Source: a virus (Duplodnaviria; Heunggongvirae; Uroviricota; Caudoviricetes). Taken from it: a DNA stretch of 34,673 nucleotides. The notes beneath the pieces were generated by a model. It was given only the letters and a program-made list of their open reading frames with translations, ran no database searches and was not told where the DNA came from. Shown piece by piece: positions 26,860 through 34,673 of this stretch. Within the stretch, counting starts at the first letter, position 1, and each line of letters starts with the position of its first letter. The position numbers and the translations under genes were made by a program. The DNA is taken from positions 1-34,673 of the IMG/VR virus record IMGVR_UViG_3300013121_000003; one strand, 5' to 3'.

Positions 26860-27790
26860 ATGGCAAAGCTAAACCAAATCCTAGCAGTTGAAAAAGGTGT
26901 TAAACCAAAAGTTTATGCCGAAGTATCTGAACTTTATAAGATCGTGCAAAAGCCTGATCTTTTTAATGGAATTTCTCGTCAATATGTCAAGAAGAATGAT
27001 GACGACGAAGACCTTCCGGCAGAAAAGAAGCGAGTTCAGGTTCTTTCAAATGAAGTCCTCAATCGTGCTGAAAGAATTCTTTCTGATCTTTTTCAGGTTG
27101 AAGCTAGGAAGGATTGGTCGAATTGTCTGGCTATGGCAACGATTTCCGTTGATGGAAAGCCAATCCTTGAGAATGTTCCTGTCACTTATTTGCTGTTCCT
27201 CGAAAAGCAAGTAACGGATATCAGGACACTCTATGCAAATCTTCCGGTCTTGGATGATGCAGACGAATGGAAGTTCGATGCTGATTCAGGACTCTATCGA
27301 ACCGAACCAAGAAGGTCCAGAAGCCTTTGGTTCTGTATCATGCAACAGAAACGCACCCTGCACAAACTCAGATGATCACTGAGGATGTTGTTGTTGGCTG
27401 TTGGGAAACGGTCAAGCAATCAGGAGCTATTCCCAAGACAATTAAGTTGTCAAAGTTGGCCAAGATTGATAAGCTTCGAAGTCCTTCCAGTGCCGCCTCA
27501 TGGGCAGACTTCTGTGCGGTCCGTCGCTCATGGCGAGCTCTCCAATGTCATATTACTAGTATATAATTGGTGACAATGTCAAATTTTTTCCCGCCATGAC
27601 GTTTTTGATTGCGTAAAGTATTGAATATCGATACTTTATGCACATGAACTCAGGATCACGTCCGAATGCCCGTAGCTACCTAGAGCGACTCGCCACCAGC
27701 GGGCGCTATCAATTGAATGTTCGGAACTAATTTCCCCAATTATTGGTTCATCGGCAATCGCAATCGATTTTTGGGGATACTTAATCCGTT
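26860..27790 (+). pseudogene. conserved hypothetical (MAKLNQILAVEKG family) gene, frameshifted and interrupted by an insert
   Basis: Track ORFs 26860..27375 and 27327..27566 join as ...YRTEP / KKVQKPLVLYHATETHPAQ...; the C-terminus is broken near 27476. Confidence 0.7.
27476..27712. other. GC-richer, apparently foreign insert: divergent promoter region with two truncated gene starts
   Basis: Minus ATG at 27531 (MSDGPHRSLPMRRHWKD, GGAGAG RBS); plus ATG at 27638 (MHMNSGSRPNARSYLERLATSGRYQ); inverted repeat 27611-27641. Confidence 0.55.
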
Positions 27791-27794
27791 ACTT

Positions 27795-28214
27795 AGTCAC
27801 TCTTTGGAAAGGGTGATTGGTATTCGGATATACCAAGCTCAAGCTAACAGGTGAAGTTCAAAAAACATCGTGTAGGTTCGAATCCTACTCCCCTCACCAA
27901 TGTATGGGGGGATGCCGGAATGGTAGACGGAACCGAGACAATCGGATTGATGTTTCAAGCTGAATCTATCCTTAACAGCCTGAGTATTCGACCACTAGAG
28001 GCAATCAACGTGTATGGTTGAGTGTTCGAACATGTGAGTTCAAGTCTCACCCCGACCTCCAAAACCTATGGTCGGGTCGAATAATGGTAATTCGTTCGTT
28101 CTCAGAATAAGACCATACATTAAACGTCGTGTCTCTTGCGAATTGTGGTCATTTGATAGCTGGTTTAGGGGAGACTTGCTCGATTGGATATGCGGGCAAT
28201 GTTCTCCCCTAAAC
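27795..28214 (+). ncRNA. large structured RNA with two circularly permuted tRNA-like modules (YrlA/Y-RNA-like)
   Basis: T arm > acceptor 3' strand + NCCA > linker > acceptor 5' strand > D arm at 27872-27930 and 28027-28098; nested long stems; no ORF. Confidence 0.75.
28163..28214. terminator. strong terminal hairpin between convergent units
   Basis: GTTTAGGGGAGA ... TCTCCCCTAAAC 12-bp stem followed by TTTATT. Confidence 0.6.
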
Positions 28215-28215
28215 T

Positions 28216-28539
28216 TTATTCTTTGATAAGTGATGGTTGATATTCGGGATCAAATTCGTGGAACGGGAGATAGTTTCTATATCTCCATTCACGAACGTTT
28301 TGTTTATTTGTTCCGCATCTAGCAGCAATAGTTCTATCTGTTAATCCCATTTTATAGAACATTGGGAAATGCTCTGAAATTCTTTGTTTTTTAGAAGGAA
28401 GTCCCATTCTTAATCTATGTGTTGTAATTGTGCACACGGATAATTCGAGTTCGTATGCAATTTGTTTATCTAACCAACCTTCTTCATTTCTTTTTTTAAG
28501 AAATTCTAGTTCCCACTTTTCCATAATTACCTCTTGCAA
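28216..28539 (-). CDS. tandem HTH protein
   Basis: DKQIAYELELSVCTITTHR and DRTIAARCGTNKQNVREWR. Confidence 0.75.
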   Translation of the reverse strand: MQEVIMEKWELEFLKKRNEEGWLDKQIAYELELSVCTITTHRLRMGLPSKKQRISEHFPMFYKMGLTDRTIAARCGTNKQNVREWRYRNYLPFHEFDPEYQPSLIKE

Positions 28540-28736
28540 GTAATTTTCATAGACTTATAGATATCATGAGTTACCGTTAAGATATCTTTGTTCCAGATAT
28601 GAGAAACCATAGTTGCAGTAACCGATGGCCGCAAATCATCTTCTTTCATTAGTTTAAGTTTTTTTAAATCTTTTGGAACCCATGAAGTATCGTCCATATC
28701 TGCAATCCAGTCGATTGCATCTTTGTAAGTGGCCAT
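28527..28736 (-). CDS. hypothetical protein (start MATYK)
   Basis: GAGGA RBS before the ATG at 28736. Confidence 0.6.
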   Translation of the reverse strand: MATYKDAIDWIADMDDTSWVPKDLKKLKLMKEDDLRPSVTATMVSHIWNKDILTVTHDIYKSMKITCKR

Positions 28737-28854
28737 ATAAATCCTCATGTCTGTTAGGATTTTTTATTTGGAATTGTTCGTTTGAAGACAAATCCTCATG
28801 AATGTAAGGATTGTATCTTTGGCTACTCCATAACAGACTTTCGGTGTCTTTGCA

Positions 28855-28972
28855 ACAGAAAACCCCAGAACTCCTAGTGCGGGGAGAGTTCTGGGGTTCT
28901 GTCAAACAAGAGGACTACTAGACGACGCCAACTTCAACACCGGAGGGAGTGACCAATTTCCATCAGCGTCAT
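28855..28972 (-). ncRNA. candidate sRNA or attenuator leader
   Basis: Lies between a sigma70 promoter and a 13-bp terminator stem; 5' hairpin contains CACTCCCTCC. Confidence 0.45.
28856..28898 (-). terminator. rho-independent terminator
   Basis: AACCCCAGAACTC-loop-GAGTTCTGGGGTT followed by TTCTGTT. Confidence 0.7.
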
Positions 28973-28976
28973 GGTC

Positions 28977-29005
28977 TTTATAGCTAAATCGTTAATAGAA
29001 GTCAA
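28977..29005 (-). promoter_or_regulatory. sigma70-like promoter
   Basis: TTGACT-N17-TATAAA. Confidence 0.55.
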
Positions 29006-29020
29006 GCATCTTTGGTGACG

Positions 29021-29188
29021 TTATTGTGACGAATCCTTGGCATTCAATTTCTTGTAGAGTTCATCCAAGTAAGCTTTGGCAGCTTCCTGAGAATCGAAGA
29101 TCTGGGGGAGTGAACCGTAGTAGATGACCCACCTGATTTCGTTATCGATGATGGTTGAAACTATCTCAACCCCTTTGTAGATGGACAT
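29021..29188 (-). CDS. hypothetical protein (55 aa)
   Basis: Manual translation MSIYKGVEIVSTIIDNEIRWVIYYG...; AAGGAG RBS. Confidence 0.65.
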   Translation of the reverse strand: MSIYKGVEIVSTIIDNEIRWVIYYGSLPQIFDSQEAAKAYLDELYKKLNAKDSSQ

Positions 29189-29220
29189 GACACTACTCCT
29201 TTCACGAATAATGTATCATA

Positions 29221-29715
29221 TTAATTATCATGTGTCAAATACTTGTGCCAGTCATCAAAATGATCTGCCACATGATACACAAGACCAAAGGAATGTGTTT
29301 TTCCTTCAAGACGATCTTGATTAACCCGATGATTTCCATCAACAAGATAATAGATTCCTTTGTGATGAATAAACCAAGGATATTCTGGTTCATGTTCTCT
29401 CCACTTTCCGAGAATTTTTTGTTGAACAACATCTTTAGAAACTGTTGATTGACCAGACACAATTTTATGAATAGGAACGTGTTCTGGTTTATCGTTCACA
29501 TGTTGGAAATATCTTTCCATCATTGGATAAGTTATATTCGGTCTTTTATTAGTTCTAGGAATCGTGTTCATCATTTGATCTGATTGATCTTTTCTCAATC
29601 TACTAGAATATTTTGAACCGGGTCTTCTTTGTCGAGCATGAATATAATCAGCCAATTTGACTGCTCTTTTTTTATCTCTGGCAACTTCGATTAAGAACTC
29701 TGAAAAACTTAACAT
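29221..29715 (-). CDS. ParB/Srx-fold protein with capsid-targeting-like leader
   Basis: MLSFSEFLIE; VPIHKI.SGQ and YYLVDGNHRV motifs. Confidence 0.75.
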   Translation of the reverse strand: MLSFSEFLIEVARDKKRAVKLADYIHARQRRPGSKYSSRLRKDQSDQMMNTIPRTNKRPNITYPMMERYFQHVNDKPEHVPIHKIVSGQSTVSKDVVQQKILGKWREHEPEYPWFIHHKGIYYLVDGNHRVNQDRLEGKTHSFGLVYHVADHFDDWHKYLTHDN

Positions 29716-29716
29716 A

Positions 29717-30346
29717 CTAATCTATCTTGTAAATTACGTCTGCGAATGATTGATCTGCTTTAGAATATCCAATAGGGAAGAGAAAGTTTTCGATGTCGTT
29801 TCCACCACGTTCACATGCGATCACTGGTTTGAATTTCTTAATATGTTCTTCAGCACCTTTCAGAACATTTAATTCATATCCTTCAACATCTAACTGAAGA
29901 AGGTCTAGATGATTAAGATGGAACGAATCTAGTTTGAGTTGTGGAATATTTCCCATTTGCGGAATGACTTGATTCATTCCACGATTATTTTCTACTTGAA
30001 TTTTCATTTGAACCGTCGTGGCTTCATCACCTAAAGCAGCATTGATTTTGATAATATTTTCTGATTGGCAGTTATTTACTAGACAGTAAAAATTAAGAGG
30101 ATCGGGTTCGAACGTATAGACTGTCTCGAATAGACGACCAAAGAGTCTAGGATACATCCCTTGATTACCACCAGCACAAACAACCATCTTTCTTCCTTTA
30201 AGATATTGAAGATATTTGGTCATATGTGATAGTTCCCAATCATGCTTGGGTCCATTCCATGCACCAGTTTCATCAATGATCCAAGTCCAAGGACCGATAT
30301 CATCAACTGTTTCTGTTCTGGTATATGTCTGGTTAGCAAAAGTCAT
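29717..30346 (-). CDS. FkbM-family SAM methyltransferase
   Basis: AGGNQG, FEPDP.NF and LDVEGYE..VLKGA motifs. Confidence 0.9.
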   Translation of the reverse strand: MTFANQTYTRTETVDDIGPWTWIIDETGAWNGPKHDWELSHMTKYLQYLKGRKMVVCAGGNQGMYPRLFGRLFETVYTFEPDPLNFYCLVNNCQSENIIKINAALGDEATTVQMKIQVENNRGMNQVIPQMGNIPQLKLDSFHLNHLDLLQLDVEGYELNVLKGAEEHIKKFKPVIACERGGNDIENFLFPIGYSKADQSFADVIYKID

Positions 30347-30843
30347 TTTTTCTTTCTATCATATGGATGTATATAACCTTTTGGAATAGGAACGTATTCA
30401 TCTTTTTTTCTATCATAATGTCTTTTATGTTTAGAATATTGGTAGTAGATTTCTTCGTCGTCCGGTCCATAACCTTTATAACTAACATCTTTAAAAAATT
30501 TCATTTTTTGTGGTGATCTTGCGCCATTAGTATTTAATGCATCATAATGTTTTCCATTTAAATATATCCATGCATGGTTGTTATCATTTAAATGAGAAAA
30601 TTCTGATACCTTCAATGAATGACCAAGTTCTTCTGCTTGACCTCTTGTCCAAGAAGCAGAATCAATTTTATGTGGTTTGTATCCATGAGCAACTAAATTA
30701 TCATGAAGTTTATCTCTAAATTCATAACATCTTCCACCAGAACAATTTGCATCAGCAGTAAAACCAGAATTTTTTAAGGTTTCTTTAACTATTGAAGATA
30801 TACTTTTCTTTTCTTCTAATATGAATTCTTTGAATGATAACAT
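30343..30843 (-). CDS. putative papain/transglutaminase-fold protein with capsid-targeting-like leader
   Basis: MLSFKEFILE; GRCYEF...HAWI...HYDA (C-H-D). Confidence 0.6.
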   Translation of the reverse strand: MLSFKEFILEEKKSISSIVKETLKNSGFTADANCSGGRCYEFRDKLHDNLVAHGYKPHKIDSASWTRGQAEELGHSLKVSEFSHLNDNNHAWIYLNGKHYDALNTNGARSPQKMKFFKDVSYKGYGPDDEEIYYQYSKHKRHYDRKKDEYVPIPKGYIHPYDRKKK

Positions 30844-31172
30844 CAGTTCATTTTCTTTGATGGTTTAGACTTAAGTTTGTATTTTCCTGGATTTCTTTCA
30901 ACATCAGGCTTAACATGTAACTTCCGTTCTTGGCCAGTTTTCTTATGAACCATAACCAGACTGATATGTCTCTTAGAAATTTCATTATTGGGACCAAGGT
31001 CTTTGGAACCATATTCTGTAGAAAAATATTCCCAATCATTCTTGGGGTTCATACCTCTATTAAACAGTTTCTTTTGAAGATTACCAATACGTTTATCATC
31101 AACATCATTGTATTGATTGATCCATTCACTTTTCTTTTGTTCTTCGATAATAAACTCTAAAAAAGATAACAT
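30843..31172 (-). CDS. small protein with capsid-targeting-like leader
   Basis: MLSFLEFIIE; late promoter upstream. Confidence 0.65.
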   Translation of the reverse strand: MLSFLEFIIEEQKKSEWINQYNDVDDKRIGNLQKKLFNRGMNPKNDWEYFSTEYGSKDLGPNNEISKRHISLVMVHKKTGQERKLHVKPDVERNPGKYKLKSKPSKKMN

Positions 31173-31202
31173 ATCTAAAACCTTTGTTGTTGTGTATTAT
31201 GA

Positions 31203-31210
31203 TATTTATA
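31203..31210 (-). promoter_or_regulatory. T4-type late promoter
   Basis: TATAAATA on the minus strand. Confidence 0.75.
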
Positions 31211-32072
31211 TTTGTTCTAAATTTTTTAGTTCTTGACCTTTTTCAGTCAGTTTTACAGCTTTGAATTTCTTGTGTGAACCTCTACAAAGATTAGATTGAT
31301 CTAACCCATACTGTTTACAAAATTCATTGAGATTTTGAATATTTTCAACTTTGCCGTTTGGATGTGTTACAGACCACCATGCGGAATTAACTTTTTTAAC
31401 AATATCTTTTTGTCTTTGTGTTTGTTTTCGTCCAATTTGAGATTCACTTATCTTTTTTTTGTGTTCGGCTGAATGAAGTTTTCCAATTTTAGAATTACTC
31501 AAATTTTGACGATGTTCTTCAGAGAATATTCTACCTTTTAAGGATTTACTCAATTTTTTCGATTTACTTTTTTGGCTTTCTTCAGACAAAATAATTTTCT
31601 TACCTTTATTACAGTTTGGTATTCCTCTTCTACTGTTATTATATTCAATTCGTTTTTGACGAAGAACTTCTTTCCATTTTAGTCCTGCTTCTGATTGGAA
31701 CCACTTCTTTCTTCCTTCTGAAATTCCTTGTTTGTGTTTTTCAGAAGAAATATAACCATTTGTTCCATCTCCACCAATTGTAGAATTATATCCGTGTTTA
31801 TAGGAATCATGAATTTTAATTTGTTCAATTTCATGATAATCAACATTATTTTCGTCACATTCTAAAATAATTTCTTTTTTCCATGTTTCTGGTGGATATT
31901 TGTTAAATGCATGGTGAAGTTTATATGTAAGGTTATCTCCTTCATTTAACTGTTTCCATAGGGTAATGTGTTGCTGAAATCTAACTTCTAAATCTTGTTT
32001 CGTTTTTCCGATATAAACATTTCCAGATGGTGATGTAAGTTTGTATATAATCATTTTATAGTCCTTTTTCAA
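31206..32072 (-). mobile_element. GIY-YIG (Seg-like) homing endonuclease with NUMOD3 repeats; start probably ATG at 32054
   Basis: IIYKLTSPSGNVYIGKT, GYNST.GGDG and SEEHRQNLS/SAEHKKKIS motifs; downstream of gp23; CATAAATA at 32108-32115. Confidence 0.9.
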
Positions 32073-32120
32073 AATGTGAATGGAGAATGAGGATTAGCAA
32101 TCATATGTATTTATGTCAAG

Positions 32121-32145
32121 AAAAAAAGGAACCGAAGTTCCTTTT
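32121..32145 (-). terminator. gp23 terminator with cUUCGg tetraloop
   Basis: AAAAGGAAC-TTCG-GTTCCTTTTTTT. Confidence 0.9.
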
Positions 32146-32169
32146 AATCCGACAACAAATAGTCTGTAC

Positions 32170-33498
32170 TCACATTAAATTTGTGATAATTGTACGGCGA
32201 TAAAAAACATTTGAGTCTTTTACCAGTGCGCCAAGTCCTTGTGTAGAACCTTGGGCGAATGGATTGGCGACAACGGCATAACGTGTCTTGTAACCAATCT
32301 TGGGTTGGAAGGTATTTGGATCAACCGCACGAACCATTTGTAGTGGAACGTATGGGCAGTAATAAAGTCCAGCGTCGAAAGCTTGCTGACCCTTATAACC
32401 AACTACGCAATAGTTTCCGCCAGTGACGTATGGATCGATATAAACTCGGATTCTGTTATTCAGAACACCTACGAATGTATGACCAGTATCATCAACTTGG
32501 AATTGGTTTCCAGCGAGTGCAGGAGCATAATCAAGCTCACCAGCAATTGAAAGAGCCGAAGCCACGTCTGAAGAGCAAATCATGAAGTTGCCCTTGCCTC
32601 TACGGGTTTCTTTTGCGATCTGGTTACATTCTTTATCAAGATGGAACATTAGACCCTTGAATCTTTCAACTGACCAACGGCCATTTGAGTCTGTATCAAG
32701 ATTGAAGATTCCGGCAGTCGTTGTATCGGTTTGTGAACCTTGAACGGCTGTTACATAAATTGTACGAACGATTTCACGATTTAACTCTGCCATGATTTCA
32801 GTTGAAAGCCAGCCAGCCAATTCTGATTCAATGTCCAGATTGTGGATTGCCTTAACGTCTTGGGCGAGTTCCATCGTGTATTCTGCTTTTAGGCCACGCT
32901 CTTTAGCTGTTGCGCTGAATTTCTCGATTGAGAAAGCCATTTCTGGGAAAGCAACAGTTGAGTTTCCGAGTTCTTCACCAACTGCCGTGGACATACCACC
33001 AGCGAAGTTGTAAAGACCTGTAGAAGCAAGGTTTGAAGTCTGAGTTGTGTTACCAGGAAGTGAACCAACGTGCTTTAAACCAAGTGTGTTAGCGCCAGAT
33101 ACGACTGTAGAGAAAGCAGTATTGACTTCGTTATAGAAAGTTTCAGTTCCAGTCTGTGAAGAGTAACGAACTCTTAGAGCGAAGATCAAACCAGTTGGAC
33201 CAGTCATTGGCTGAACGCCGCAGACATCATAGGCCATAAGGTTTGGCATTGCACGACGAACAAGCGTCATCATAACTGGATCGAAAATATCGATATTACC
33301 ATCACCATGAGTTGAGCTTGAAGCACCCATGTAGTTAGCATGTGGAGTTTCAGTTAAGAGTTGCTGTTTATAAGCAGTAGCAACGTTCTCAAGCATCAGA
33401 GCCGTAACGTTACGGCGATGATTATCGTGAATTTTAGGGAGTCCAGGATGATCTAGAACCGACTCCCACTTCTTTGTAATTTCTGGTTTTGCAAACAT
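32170..33498 (-). CDS. 23: major capsid protein gp23
   Basis: DPV...LVRRAMPNL, GVQPMTGPTGLIFA, YCPYVPLQM and FQPKIGYKTRY motifs. Confidence 0.99.
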   Translation of the reverse strand: MFAKPEITKKWESVLDHPGLPKIHDNHRRNVTALMLENVATAYKQQLLTETPHANYMGASSSTHGDGNIDIFDPVMMTLVRRAMPNLMAYDVCGVQPMTGPTGLIFALRVRYSSQTGTETFYNEVNTAFSTVVSGANTLGLKHVGSLPGNTTQTSNLASTGLYNFAGGMSTAVGEELGNSTVAFPEMAFSIEKFSATAKERGLKAEYTMELAQDVKAIHNLDIESELAGWLSTEIMAELNREIVRTIYVTAVQGSQTDTTTAGIFNLDTDSNGRWSVERFKGLMFHLDKECNQIAKETRRGKGNFMICSSDVASALSIAGELDYAPALAGNQFQVDDTGHTFVGVLNNRIRVYIDPYVTGGNYCVVGYKGQQAFDAGLYYCPYVPLQMVRAVDPNTFQPKIGYKTRYAVVANPFAQGSTQGLGALVKDSNVFYRRTIITNLM

Positions 33499-33552
33499 TA
33501 TTGTTAAACTCCCTGTATTTTTTTATTGGGCTTTATTTTTACTTAGCAAAAA

Positions 33553-34512
33553 TTAATTTTTGATAGTTCTGGAAATAGTATCCATAATATCTTTCATTGG
33601 GTCTTTTGCTGTTTTAGTATTCTTTTCATCAAGATCGTCTCCTTCAAAGGTATCTTCTATAGTTGCCTTTACAGGATTTTTAGTGATGAAGCTTTCACGA
33701 ATGGTTTTTAGTTTCTTTTTGAATAAATCAATATCACCATCCATTGAAATATTTTCGGTCAATTGCTTTAGCTTGACCTTTTGTGAAAGAGCTAGTCCTT
33801 CAGAAATTTCTTCCAGTGCTTGTTCTCTAGAGAATTTTTCTAGTTCAGATTCTTTTTCGATATTTTCATTGATAATAGTGCTGAGCTTATCTTCAAGTTC
33901 ATATACTTTTTCGGATAAGGCTTCGACAATATCAACTTTATCTTCTGGAATTGAAACATAATGCTCGCTAAAGAGTTGGAACATTCCTTGAATAAAACCT
34001 TCAGCTAATTCAGTTCTGATAGTATTATGAATTTCAAGTTTGTTTTCTTTAATGTAATTTTTAGCAACGTAAGTTAGATATTGATCTACATGCTGAAGAT
34101 ATTTGTCATTGATTTCATCGATCTCTTCATTGAGACGTGATTCATAGAGTTCTTCGATTTCAGCGGTTTTGACTGAGACTTGTTGAGAAACAGCAGCTTC
34201 GAAAAGAACAGAAGCCTTGGACTTGAATTCTTCAGAAAGAGTTGTGTCTGATCCTAAGATTTCAGAAAGCTCTTCTTTGATAGCTTGGTTTGAATTTGTG
34301 CTCTTAAGATTTCTGTCGGCAGTTCCATCTGGAATCTGATCAGCTTCGTGTCCAATAAGAGCCATGGCTTGATTATGCCAATCTGTTAAATCCATCTGAG
34401 ACATTCTACCCATTGCATCTAAAACGTTAGCCATCATAATAGCTTTAGATGTTGCTTCTGTTGGGAAAGCCTGGGGCGCTTCTGCCTCACTAATTACTTT
34501 CTTCTTTGCCAT
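33553..34512 (-). CDS. 22: prohead core scaffold gp22
   Basis: LSEEFKSKASVLFEAAV, VDQYLTY and LFSEHYVSIPEDKVD motifs. Confidence 0.93.
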   Translation of the reverse strand: MAKKKVISEAEAPQAFPTEATSKAIMMANVLDAMGRMSQMDLTDWHNQAMALIGHEADQIPDGTADRNLKSTNSNQAIKEELSEILGSDTTLSEEFKSKASVLFEAAVSQQVSVKTAEIEELYESRLNEEIDEINDKYLQHVDQYLTYVAKNYIKENKLEIHNTIRTELAEGFIQGMFQLFSEHYVSIPEDKVDIVEALSEKVYELEDKLSTIINENIEKESELEKFSREQALEEISEGLALSQKVKLKQLTENISMDGDIDLFKKKLKTIRESFITKNPVKATIEDTFEGDDLDEKNTKTAKDPMKDIMDTISRTIKN

Positions 34513-34553
34513 AATAATCTTCTCCTTGAAGGTATTTTCTTGATATTTATTGT

Positions 34554-34673
34554 TTATAAAGATTTAATGAATTGTTCGAATAATTTTAGCTTCTGTTCTT
34601 CTAATTGCTTAGCTGAAAGTTGCTTAATTTCTTTCTTAACTTCTGTGGCTTTTTCGGCTAGGTAGAAACCACG
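34554..34673 (-). CDS. 21: prohead protease gp21, C-terminal end (partial)
   Basis: Manual translation ...KQLEEQKLKLFEQFIKSL*; position upstream of gp22. Confidence 0.7.
   Translation of the reverse strand, partial: RGFYLAEKATEVKKEIKQLSAKQLEEQKLKLFEQFIKSL

Noticed and set aside
26888-27573. ORFs 26888..27214 and 27385..27573
   Set aside because: Alternative-frame overlaps of the pseudogene with no recognisable features
27872-27930. Two-piece (permuted) tmRNA
   Set aside because: The wobble is G2-U71, not the alanine G3-U70; a paired D stem is present; no tag ORF is evident; a second similar module follows
27906-28061. Ordinary intron-containing tRNA made of the module 1 5' half and module 2 3' half
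   Set aside because: GGGGGGA does not pair well with CCCGACC; each 5' strand pairs with the 3' strand just upstream of it
28736-28750. MS2 operator-like ACATGAGGATT
   Set aside because: The match is short, explained by the Shine-Dalgarno sequence, and lacks the full MS2 stem
28654-28905. 83-aa ORF
   Set aside because: It starts within the terminator hairpin region, lacks an RBS and overlaps the better-supported 28527..28736 gene
33560-33961. 133-aa plus-strand ORF
   Set aside because: Antisense to gp22
1-34673. Complete diversity-generating retroelement
   Set aside because: There is no reverse transcriptase, Avd or non-coding template repeat in the window, and many adenines in the repeats are invariant
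1-34673. Stop-codon reassignment
   Set aside because: Core genes are full length under the standard code, and TAA, TAG and TGA all terminate genes

Overview
This is a segment of a large, AT-rich T4-like (Tevenvirinae-related/cyanomyovirus-type) myophage genome. Core genes are gp21 (3' end), gp22 and gp23 (head), gp3, uvsY and uvsW (inverted relative to their neighbours), gp55, gp47, gp46, gp45, gp44, gp62 and regA. Accessory genes include peptide deformylase, two tandem PRTases, a glycosyltransferase, a macrodomain protein, an FkbM methyltransferase and a deaminase. There are also three free-standing homing endonucleases and three tRNAs (Thr, Gly, Met). Four things stand out. (1) A dispersed family of D[K/I/V]YSSxxLI-leader proteins; two of them carry 78-bp/26-aa tandem repeats that differ only by non-synonymous changes at a few positions. 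(2) A roughly 400-nt structured non-coding region with two circularly permuted tRNA-like (YrlA/Y-RNA-like) modules, downstream of a disrupted gene that contains an apparently host-derived insert. (3) Five late-expressed proteins share an MLSFxEF..E capsid-targeting-like leader. (4) A promoter/terminator-bounded candidate sRNA. Protein calls come from motif recognition by eye; no searches were run.
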